From positions 1 through 28,690 of the IMG/VR virus record IMGVR_UViG_3300037419_003062: a stretch of DNA of 28,690 nucleotides. One strand, written 5' to 3'. Shown here one piece after another: positions 1-7,006 of the stretch. How positions within the stretch are numbered: the stretch's first letter is position 1; each line of letters opens with the position of its first letter. The notes under the pieces were generated by a model, which had not been told where the DNA came from, searched no databases, and saw only the letters and a program-made list of their open reading frames with translations. Source of the DNA: a virus (lineage: Duplodnaviria > Caudoviricetes). A program made the translations under genes and the position numbers.

Positions 1-147
1 GATTTAACCCACAGCACAGAGTCGTTTACAGAATCTTTTCCAGCGGATTATACGGTTCATAATGACAGTGGATTTACAGCTTTATATCAGCAAATAGATT
101 ACGTTATGAGCGATATTCTAGATAAACGCAAAAAGGCGCTCACTTAG
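1..147 (+). CDS. C-terminal fragment of a probable deoxynucleoside monophosphate kinase (5' end outside window)
   Basis: Frame 1 reads DLTHSTESFTESFPADYTVHNDSGFTALYQQIDYVM...* (TAG 145-147), matching the H-x-[ST]-E...D-x-x-[IV]-x-N-x-x-G...L..QI tail of phage dNMP kinases. Confidence 0.6.
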   Translation, partial: DLTHSTESFTESFPADYTVHNDSGFTALYQQIDYVMSDILDKRKKALT

Positions 148-151
148 CGCC
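130..151 (-). terminator. Probable intrinsic terminator between convergent genes
   Basis: GGCGCT-cactt-AGCGCC hairpin preceded by an A-run (U-tract on the minus strand). Confidence 0.5.
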
Positions 152-508
152 GGTCTCCTTCGCTTTATCACGGAAGCAATACCAGTTGTTCTTCTTTTCG
201 GTAAAGACGTACACTTTCGAATCTCCGGGCATGAGGTTGTGTTTGTTTAGAAAGCGCCTTACTGACGCATAGGAGCGCTTGGCATCGAAGGTAATCGGCT
301 CTACATTGTCCGTACCTGCAACGGTGCCAGGTCGCGCTATTCCAATAATCTGCTCGTCTGGATCGTAAGCAACGTGAGCCTTAAACGGAATGCCTTTAGC
401 TCCGAGGTCATCACGTAGCTTGGCCGACATATAGATGCGTCCGAATTTATCGACAGTTATGTACCTTTCCGCAGTGGATTCAGCGGGATTATAGATAATG
501 AACGCCAT
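140..508 (-). CDS. Hypothetical protein with an AbrB/MraZ-like swapped-hairpin N-terminus (putative DNA-binding protein)
   Basis: ITVDKFGRIYMSAKLRDDLG matches the VD-x-x-GRI-x-[ILM]-x3-LR-x2-LG AbrB signature; SD AAAGGA upstream. Confidence 0.55.
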   Translation of the reverse strand: MAFIIYNPAESTAERYITVDKFGRIYMSAKLRDDLGAKGIPFKAHVAYDPDEQIIGIARPGTVAGTDNVEPITFDAKRSYASVRRFLNKHNLMPGDSKVYVFTEKKNNWYCFRDKAKETGAK

Positions 509-546
509 GTAACGACATCCTTTCGAAAGTAACGGTATTACTTACC

Positions 547-576
547 ATTATATGCAAGCAGTCAACGTACATGCAA
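547..576 (-). promoter_or_regulatory. Putative sigma-A promoter for 140..508
   Basis: Minus strand TTGCAT-N18-TATAAT. Confidence 0.45.
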
Positions 577-577
577 C

Positions 578-609
578 AAAAAGACGCTATGCGTTAGCAC
601 AACGTCTTA
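578..609 (-). terminator. Probable terminator after the minus-strand 916->594 operon
   Basis: AAGACG...CGTCTT inverted repeat with an A-run on the left. Confidence 0.4.
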
Positions 610-746
610 ATTCGGTAGAGGAACGTCCGAAACCGCTTCTTGAGCGGTCTGGACTTCGGCTCCTTGAATACCACTTCAATTTTCTTTGGTGCGCTTATAA
701 CGTAAGGCTTTCCGCACTGGTCAAATCCGATGATTACTTGGCGCAT
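594..746 (-). CDS. Small basic hypothetical protein, 50 aa (not in the ORF track)
   Basis: MRQVIIGFDQCGKPYVISAPKKIEVVFKEPKSRPLKKRFRTFLYRIKTLC*; SD AAGGAG upstream; overlaps the stop of 734..916. Confidence 0.65.
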   Translation of the reverse strand: MRQVIIGFDQCGKPYVISAPKKIEVVFKEPKSRPLKKRFRTFLYRIKTLC

Positions 747-916
747 TGCTCGATCTCCTTCTGGTAGATAACTGTATAAAGGATAGGATAATCGGCATTG
801 TCTTCGTTAGTATTCACTGTTAATCGAATATCATGAACCATCTCGGCGGGAATTTCCGTAAGGAAATCGTTAAATTCTAACTCATCCCAGTACGTAGCAA
901 CCTGTAACACTTTCAT
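734..916 (-). CDS. Cse60/DUF2758-like small protein
   Basis: 60 aa with the pattern E-x-x-[F/I]N-x-FL...V.DI+.......ly.vIY typical of Cse60-like proteins; SD AAAGGAG. Confidence 0.55.
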   Translation of the reverse strand: MKVLQVATYWDELEFNDFLTEIPAEMVHDIRLTVNTNEDNADYPILYTVIYQKEIEQCAK

Positions 917-1003
917 CTTACCAGCTCCTTTGCGCTTCTTAAAACAGTATATGCGCCTATAGCTTGGTTGTTGACGATAATCTAACGATAAATTAACGAA
1001 ATA

Positions 1004-1414
1004 ATGGGAGGGGTTTATATCGGCTTATGTCGTGTTGATTTAGACGAAGGACACCGTAAATATGAGGTTAAATACGCTTTGAACGATAAAGAAGGAGTAT
1101 CCGCTCTACTCCGTGACATACATCGCTTGCGAGAGCGCCGATTCCACGCTGGCGACTATAGCGCCTCGGATATACTAATTGACTTGCAGACGGCGATTGA
1201 TCGCGCAGGACTAACGAAGAGGCAGCGTGAGGCTATCTATTGCGTTTATGAGATGGATCTGACGCAGAAGGATGCGGGAGAGCGTATGGGAATCGGGCAG
1301 GACGTAGTGAGCGGACATGTATCGGCCGCTTGCGAAAAGATCGCTACTATTTATGCGGATTGGGATTACGGAGAGATTATTTTATCAGAAGAGGAGAGTT
1401 TAGATGAGATTTAG
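1004..1414 (+). CDS. Sigma-70 region-4-like HTH DNA-binding protein (candidate late-gene regulator); true start may be ATC at 1019
   Basis: AGLTKRQREAIYCVYEMDLTQKDAGERMGIGQDVVSGHVSAACEKI is a region 4.2-type HTH. Confidence 0.8.
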   Translation: MGGVYIGLCRVDLDEGHRKYEVKYALNDKEGVSALLRDIHRLRERRFHAGDYSASDILIDLQTAIDRAGLTKRQREAIYCVYEMDLTQKDAGERMGIGQDVVSGHVSAACEKIATIYADWDYGEIILSEEESLDEI

Positions 1415-1877
1415 TAAAGGAACGGATTATAAAACAGCATTTATTGTAGCGGTTAATGAATTGATTTCAGAGAAAATTATGGATCGTAAGGAACGCATGA
1501 ATCGGATTGATTCGTTAATTAGCGAGTATATCACCGATACAGGGGAAACTCCGAATAGTAAGCAACTAGAGCGATTGGCGGATTACGTCTTAATGGAAGA
1601 ACTTACGGATAAGCATCCGGATAAAATTACTCGTGAAGAATATCCTTTTATGAGTGACTGGCAGCTTGATTTGCGTAGAGATAACGAGTGTGGTCTTAAA
1701 ATAACGGAGGATACCGGAACGGATGGCATTAATTATCGCACACCAACCCGTCGCAAGCGTACATCAAGCGAAAATGAATCGGTTGATAAGTTTGCAAAGA
1801 TACGCAATGAGGAAAGGCGCAAGCAATACCGTAAAGATACAACTCCAGGTGAATTAATTTCGTATAAATTATCGTAA
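1404..1877 (+). CDS. Phage hypothetical protein, translationally coupled to the sigma-like gene
   Basis: 157-aa ORF with SD GAGGAG; overlaps the upstream stop. Confidence 0.8.
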   Translation: MRFSKGTDYKTAFIVAVNELISEKIMDRKERMNRIDSLISEYITDTGETPNSKQLERLADYVLMEELTDKHPDKITREEYPFMSDWQLDLRRDNECGLKITEDTGTDGINYRTPTRRKRTSSENESVDKFAKIRNEERRKQYRKDTTPGELISYKLS

Positions 1878-1927
1878 ATACCCATATTTTAGAGCTTTAG
1901 TTACCTATACGTTATGAGAAAACCATT

Positions 1928-2122
1928 TCACACTTCAGGCGCATACACTCGCCTTTTACACTTTACACAACGATAAACACGCGCTGGCTTTCCGTCGATC
2001 TCTTCGATGAACCAGCGTCCTTTCATATCAATTTTACAAGCGCACAATGGCTCCATTAAGTGAGTCTCTTGCGCTTTTTTGTTTTGCGTTGATACTTCCC
2101 ACCAGCGAGCAAAGTCGGACAT
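1928..2122 (-). CDS. Small putative zinc-ribbon protein
   Basis: CxC...CxxC (LCACK...YRCVKCK); SD GAGGTGA 6 nt before ATG. Confidence 0.65.
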   Translation of the reverse strand: MSDFARWWEVSTQNKKAQETHLMEPLCACKIDMKGRWFIEEIDGKPARVYRCVKCKRRVYAPEV

Positions 2123-2186
2123 TGACGATCACCTCAACAGATAGTATAACGCGAATGTATGTTCCTAATCAACGGTTATTTACCCT

Positions 2187-2310
2187 TCCGACTGCGTATT
2201 CGTGGGCGGATGAGGCTCAGCGTCAATACTCTGTTTCGTCGGATCGGGTTCCGGTCGCCGCTTGCGCTCATGTGCGAGTAGGTTAAGCGAAATGGGGTTA
2301 AATTGACGCT
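2187..2310 (+). ncRNA. Putative structured non-coding RNA (long stem closing a three-way junction)
   Basis: AGCGTCAAT 2219-2227 / ATTGACGCT 2302-2310; ACTCTGTTTCG 2228-2238 / CGAAATGGGGT 2288-2298 with G-U pairs; inner hairpins TCGGA/TCCGG and CTTGCGC-tcat-GTGCGAG. Confidence 0.5.
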
Positions 2311-2327
2311 TATTTAATTCGGGGCCA

Positions 2328-2361
2328 GGCGCATGCTCCTTACGAGGACTGCGCTATTTTT
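2328..2361 (+). terminator. Hairpin / possible terminator or processing signal upstream of the tRNAs
   Basis: GCGCA-tgc-TCCT-tacg-AGGA-c-TGCGC followed by TATTTTT. Confidence 0.4.
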
Positions 2362-2363
2362 AT

Positions 2364-2438
2364 TGTCATGTAGCTCAATGGTAAGAGCGCGCAACTTATA
2401 ATTGCGTGATTCCAGTTCAACTCTGGACATGACGACCA
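2364..2438 (+). tRNA. tRNA-Ile, anticodon UAU
   Basis: Cloverleaf: TGTCATG/CATGACG acceptor, GCTC/GAGC D-stem, CGCAA-CTTATAA-TTGCG anticodon arm (TAT 2397-2399), TCCAG-TTCAACT-CTGGA T-arm, A73, encoded CCA. Confidence 0.9.
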
Positions 2439-2443
2439 ATCAT

Positions 2444-2517
2444 GCCGACGTAGTTTAATGGTAAAACCCCGGTTTTGTACTCCGGTATTGCGGGTTCGAA
2501 TCCTGCCGACGGCTCCA
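2444..2517 (+). tRNA. tRNA-Thr, anticodon UGU
   Basis: GCCGACG/CGACGGC acceptor (A5-A68 mismatch), GTTT/AAAC D-stem, CCGGT-TTTGTAC-TCCGG arm (TGT 2476-2478), GCGGG-TTCGAAT-CCTGC T-arm, encoded CCA. Confidence 0.88.
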
Positions 2518-2532
2518 CTAACGGTAATTTTG

Positions 2533-2604
2533 CGGTAACTAGACCGGCCAGTCGAAAAGCGTATCCCGAAGCGCCTGTTATCGCTTATTTATATTTATCG
2601 GGAA
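2533..2604 (+). ncRNA. Putative pseudoknotted leader RNA upstream of the endonuclease
   Basis: GCGGTAAC/GTTATCGC outer stem enclosing GAC-cggcca-GTC and GCGT-atcccgaa-GCGC; loop TCCCGA is complementary to downstream TCGGGA. Confidence 0.45.
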
Positions 2605-2629
2605 TAAATCGATAAGGGGTCGATATGGG

Positions 2630-3244
2630 ATGGAATGGTTTAAAAGTAGTTGGACAAAAGAGACACTACGACAGAAATTATTCGAATTAATCGAGGAAGG
2701 CAAACCGATTAATACGATGAATGTTAAACATATTAAAGGATTTTACTCCAGTGCTCAAAGGATTCACGGTAGTTACCCAGATTTTCTAAGAGATAACGGT
2801 TTAAACCCATACGAGTACTTACATCAAGGTAATAGATTAGATGAGATTCGATCACAATGCGGACTATTGTTCGAGCATATTTTAGGCGACATATTTAGAG
2901 ATTTAGGAGTATCCTTTACTAAGTATAAAAGTGGGATAGATTCTATACATCCTGATTTCATGTTGACAGGAGAAAAATGGGTCGATGCCAAATTACACTC
3001 TAATGCAGATATACAGGATACAATTAAAAGATATGAAAAGCACTGCTCGAAATTAATAATTGTTTACTTAATCGGCGATAAGGCACAAGATAGGATGATT
3101 ACTGAAAAAACAAGGTTAGTAAGCGTTAGCTACTTTTTGAACATGCTTAAAGAGGATAAAAGAAACGAATATTTATTAAAACTTAAAAGCATTGAAAGTA
3201 TCGCTGGATATGCCTCCGCTGAAAGAAAGGCGGTGGCAAAATAA
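2630..3244 (+). CDS. Free-standing putative PD-(D/E)XK (homing-type) endonuclease with an N-terminal DNA-binding repeat
   Basis: GLLFE...IHPDFML...KWVDAKL catalytic motif; N-terminal W-T-KE...FYSSAQRIHGSY..FL...GL resembles homing-endonuclease-associated repeats; AT-rich relative to neighbours. Confidence 0.7.
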   Translation: MEWFKSSWTKETLRQKLFELIEEGKPINTMNVKHIKGFYSSAQRIHGSYPDFLRDNGLNPYEYLHQGNRLDEIRSQCGLLFEHILGDIFRDLGVSFTKYKSGIDSIHPDFMLTGEKWVDAKLHSNADIQDTIKRYEKHCSKLIIVYLIGDKAQDRMITEKTRLVSVSYFLNMLKEDKRNEYLLKLKSIESIAGYASAERKAVAK

Positions 3245-3795
3245 TGAGTAATGTTGTACCTATCGAAAACTACACGCCACAGCCAGAGAGAAAACCACAG
3301 CCAAACGATAAAGGAATATTGCTGGATAGTCCGCAAGGATACGAAATATATAACCGCGAGCTAATGCGTAAAGTGTTTCCTCGCATCATCAACGAAGCTT
3401 ATGACGTAGCTTATGCCGATATGAAACGGAAGCCAGAGATCCGGGATATTATCGGTTTTTATTTTCTGTTGCAGTCGTTCATTGACGGAACGTACAGACG
3501 CGCAGATGGCACGTTGAATGACCGTTTTGGCGCATGCTTTTTAAACTACGATACAATCATGCAAATGCTTCGCTTGGATCGCGCTAGAGTAAAGCTACTA
3601 GCCGATATATTAGCGACTAACGGCATTATCCGGACCGTCGATCACTTCGAAGGGACTAAGCGGTTTAAGTGGTACTTTCCGTCATACTGTCCGAGGATTA
3701 CCGAAGATGGCTATATCGTCGATGAATTTGGCGAAATAGTAAAGCCGGACTTTTCCGTTTATAAGCCGAAGAGACAACGGAAGGCAAGCGAGTAG
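3244..3795 (+). CDS. Winged-helix protein, candidate replication initiator / origin-binding protein
   Basis: CFLNYDTIMQMLRLDRARVKLLADILATNGIIRT...RFKWYF is an HTH_36-like wHTH with wing; followed directly by direct repeats and an A-rich tract. Confidence 0.5.
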   Translation: MSNVVPIENYTPQPERKPQPNDKGILLDSPQGYEIYNRELMRKVFPRIINEAYDVAYADMKRKPEIRDIIGFYFLLQSFIDGTYRRADGTLNDRFGACFLNYDTIMQMLRLDRARVKLLADILATNGIIRTVDHFEGTKRFKWYFPSYCPRITEDGYIVDEFGEIVKPDFSVYKPKRQRKASE

Positions 3796-3811
3796 AATGG
3801 CGGTAAATGCC

Positions 3812-3883
3812 GTAGTATGCACAGGACACACTACCGGTAGTATGCGCAGGACATACTATGCATCGTATGCACTGGACGCACTG
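3812..3883 (+). repeat. Three imperfect 22-bp direct repeats with 25-bp period (iteron-like)
   Basis: GTAGTATGCACAGGACACACTA (3812), GTAGTATGCGCAGGACATACTA (3837), ATCGTATGCACTGGACGCACTG (3862). Confidence 0.85.
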
Positions 3884-4125
3884 TAAAAAGAGAAAGATGT
3901 AAAATAGCAATAAGTAAAAGAGAAACAAATAATTCCGCCTTCGATTCATTACATGAATCTTCGGCGGACCTCTTTTAAATAAAAGATATAGCGCATTAAT
4001 AAATACTAGCGATAAAGGTAATTAATGCGGATATAAAACGATAATCTAATACGCAGATATAACCGTGAAGTCAAAGACTTCTACGATATATCTAACGTTA
4101 GATTAAAAGTTAAGGAGATCGATAC

Positions 4126-4206
4126 ATTATCGGACTAATATTACTGGCGGTATTATCTACGGTACTAGGCGTATGCTATGCGGTAGTGACTGTGTTAAAC
4201 GGATAG
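4126..4206 (+). CDS. Possible 26-aa single-TM peptide with non-canonical ATT start
   Basis: SD AAGGAG (4112-4117) 8 nt before ATT; reads (M)IGLILLAVLSTVLGVCYAVVTVLNG*. Confidence 0.3.
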   Translation: MIGLILLAVLSTVLGVCYAVVTVLNG

Positions 4207-4796
4207 GTAATCGGAAATAGGCGATATGCTTTCGTATTAGGTACGTTTATATTAACGCATATAATGAAGTGATTGTACGCAAAGGGTAACTTGGTAGTAA
4301 CGATATTGAGTACAAATACATTCCGAATTATCCGCTCGGCCGTCTGGCGGAGACAGCCTCCGAAAACATCAACCCGGATTCACTGTCGCGCTATTAGGAG
4401 TGCCTAATACGATACTAATCGTGTACGCCAGTGGTGGAATCAACGTGTATAATGCGATCAAATCACGCATTGATAAGTAGAAACGTTGATATTCCGCCAT
4501 TCTTACGTTATAGATAATTTCGTAAAATAAGTATATCACGAAATTAAGTCGAAAACGGACAACACCGCTTTAACCATCTAAAGTAATTCCTGATACCCCC
4601 AAGGCGGGGGTCGAACAGGCCCGTAACAGGCGTAGAAAACTTTCTTACAGATTTTAAAACCCCGGGTCGAATCCGAACGAAGGCGGGCGGCATCTTGCGG
4701 TACCCACATCCGCCATGCATCCGCCTTCTTTTGCGTTCGAACTTACGGGCAAATCCCGCCAATATAGCGATTATTTTACGAAAGGAGACGTATAAC

Positions 4797-5294
4797 ATGT
4801 CGAAGGAATTAAAACGCCTAGAATCCCGGCTAACCGCCGAGCAAATCACGGCAGCTCAGTTATTAGCAGTGAATAAGTTCTTGCCACGTCCGCCAAAAGA
4901 TGCGACTGAAGACGATATTGAACGGTTAAAGGCGGAAGGAAATGTCCGCTTGCAGCTCGGAGAAATTGCGCAGAAGATCGGAGTCACTGAGCGCACCCTA
5001 TACAACTGGCGCAATAGCAACGATGACTTCACGAAGTATGTAAACATGCTGGCCACTAACGTATTCATGTCGCATCTACCGGATATCATGGAGAAGCACT
5101 TGGATATGACGTTAAAAGGCCAGGGATCGATGAAAGGCATTGAGCTATTCTATAAGTTTGGCGGACTTCTTATCGATAAACAAGAGGTTAAGACGGAAGA
5201 AGTATCTAATACGGATGCTACGCTAGAAGAGCGTCTCGCTAAACTAAAAGCTCGTGCTGCAACGGAGGCTGATCCGGAGGCAGGCGATAAGTAG
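4797..5294 (+). CDS. terS: Terminase small subunit (phBC6A51-family HTH protein); start corrected from 4695 to ATG 4797
   Basis: SD AAAGGAG before ATG 4797; LESRLTAEQITAAQLL...EIAQKIGVTERTLYNWR HTH; immediately upstream of and overlapping TerL. Confidence 0.85.
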   Translation: MSKELKRLESRLTAEQITAAQLLAVNKFLPRPPKDATEDDIERLKAEGNVRLQLGEIAQKIGVTERTLYNWRNSNDDFTKYVNMLATNVFMSHLPDIMEKHLDMTLKGQGSMKGIELFYKFGGLLIDKQEVKTEEVSNTDATLEERLAKLKARAATEADPEAGDK

Positions 5295-6991
5295 TGGCGT
5301 TTATTAACGGAAAATGGATGGCGAGAGATGAAAGACAGTCTCGCATAGACTTGATAAAAGCGCTAATCGCTGAATTTAACCGGATTCCTCCGAGTAGATT
5401 AACTGCCCATGAAATCGATCAATGGGAGAGTCTTGACGAGGAACTGGATTTGCTCGAAAGGGTTCACCGGTCCGAGTACGACATGCTTTATTTTATGACG
5501 GAGTTCTTTTCTGAGGATCGCAATCCAGGTAATCCGGATAATTTGATTCCGAAAGGCGTTACCTATGATAATTCAGCCGACTTTCACCGAGAGTTATGCC
5601 GATTGTTGGACGATATTACTCGTGGAATTAACCGCAATAACGTAGCCTGGTCAGTAGGACGGGGGCATGCTAAGACGGGCTATTTGAGTAACGGTTATCT
5701 ATGCCATATGACCGCATTTCGGCATAAGCGTTACATCGTCGAGGTCTCCGAAACTACTGACGTAGCTGGAGACTTTATTCAATGGACGCGAAATCAACTA
5801 GTTCATAACGAAAAATTAAAGAAACACTTCGGTACATTGCTTCACGAAAAGAAGTCGATGAATGATGTCGACAACAAATACGAGTTCGTTACGATGTCCG
5901 GTACAAAGGTTGAAGCCAAAGGTATCGGTACTCAGATGCGCGGACTCCGCCACGGAAGTTCACGCGTTGAGGCATTCCTGCTTGATGACTTAGAGAGCAA
6001 AGACTCGGTAAACACTCCTGAATTAAGGGACAAGAATAAAAAATGGTTCCGTGAAGAAATGTTACCTGCGTTATCTAGAGATGCAGGTATTTGTATCTAT
6101 ATGGGTACCATCGTGCATTATGATTCGTTATTAAATTACGTTATTAAAGAGCGTAAAGACTTCGTATCACGTAAATTTCCTGCGATTATTGAATGGTCAA
6201 AGCGAGAGGATTTATGGGCGGAATGGCAACGTATATATCGTTCAGATATTTCAGAGGCTCGCCAGAAGGCGCTCGAATTTTATAAAGTAAATCAATCCGA
6301 GATGAGCGATGGTACAGTTCTATGGCCACAGCGATTCTCTTATCTCGACTTGATGGAGATCCGCGAGAATGACGGAGCTAAAGCGTTCAATCAAGAGTAT
6401 CTGGGTAATCCAATAGATGAGGAATCGCAGATATTCAAACCGGAAGATTTTACGTATTACACTGATTCAGACCTGGATGGCGTAAAGCTAGATTACTTCT
6501 GCGGAGTTGACTTCGCAATGGGTAAGGAAAAAGGCGACTATAGTGCGATTATAACCGTTGGGAGATCCCCTAACGGTATTTTTTATGTCATTGATGCGTA
6601 CTTAGAGCGAGTTCATCCGGACGTATTGCTGCAGAAGATCGTCGAGAAAACGATACATTATCAATACGCAGGCATGTCGGTAGAGTCTCAGCAGGCGCAG
6701 GAATGGTTCGCACACAAGCTCAAGGAAGAGTTACGTAGACACGGTTATCCCGCACATACTCGCGTAAAAGAGATTAAGCAGAGGATGAGGAAGGCACTAC
6801 GTATTGAATCGCTTTTGCCGGAGATACAAGGTGGGCGCATTCGATTTAAGAAACAGCACCGACTACTACTCGAAATGTTCGAACTTTATCCCAACCATAA
6901 CCATGATGATGGTCCCGACGGACTTCACATGGCATATACGGCTGGATTAGACGGTAAAAAGAAGATTATAAACAAACCTCAATGGTTATAG
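5294..6991 (+). CDS. terL: Terminase large subunit
   Basis: Walker A SVGRGHAKT, Walker B FLLDDLE, coupling motif MGT, RNase H-like nuclease GVDFAMG...DYSA...HDDGPD. Confidence 0.96.
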   Translation: MAFINGKWMARDERQSRIDLIKALIAEFNRIPPSRLTAHEIDQWESLDEELDLLERVHRSEYDMLYFMTEFFSEDRNPGNPDNLIPKGVTYDNSADFHRELCRLLDDITRGINRNNVAWSVGRGHAKTGYLSNGYLCHMTAFRHKRYIVEVSETTDVAGDFIQWTRNQLVHNEKLKKHFGTLLHEKKSMNDVDNKYEFVTMSGTKVEAKGIGTQMRGLRHGSSRVEAFLLDDLESKDSVNTPELRDKNKKWFREEMLPALSRDAGICIYMGTIVHYDSLLNYVIKERKDFVSRKFPAIIEWSKREDLWAEWQRIYRSDISEARQKALEFYKVNQSEMSDGTVLWPQRFSYLDLMEIRENDGAKAFNQEYLGNPIDEESQIFKPEDFTYYTDSDLDGVKLDYFCGVDFAMGKEKGDYSAIITVGRSPNGIFYVIDAYLERVHPDVLLQKIVEKTIHYQYAGMSVESQQAQEWFAHKLKEELRRHGYPAHTRVKEIKQRMRKALRIESLLPEIQGGRIRFKKQHRLLLEMFELYPNHNHDDGPDGLHMAYTAGLDGKKKIINKPQWL

Positions 6992-7006
6992 AAAGGAGGA
7001 AATTGG

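Noticed and set aside
552-767. 71-aa + strand ORF
   Set aside because: Shadow of the minus-strand 594..746 gene, which has a good SD.
2047-2286. 79-aa + strand ORF
   Set aside because: No SD; it overlaps a better-supported minus-strand gene and the structured RNA.
2364-2517. tRNAs as the prophage attachment site
   Set aside because: They are flanked by phage genes on both sides, with no integrase or duplicated tRNA 3' end in the window.
3812-3883. Mini CRISPR array
   Set aside because: Repeats are separated by only 3 bp, with no unique spacers and no cas genes.
4695-4796. N-terminal extension of TerS in the ORF track
   Set aside because: A strong SD precedes ATG 4797; the extension overlaps palindromic non-coding sequence.
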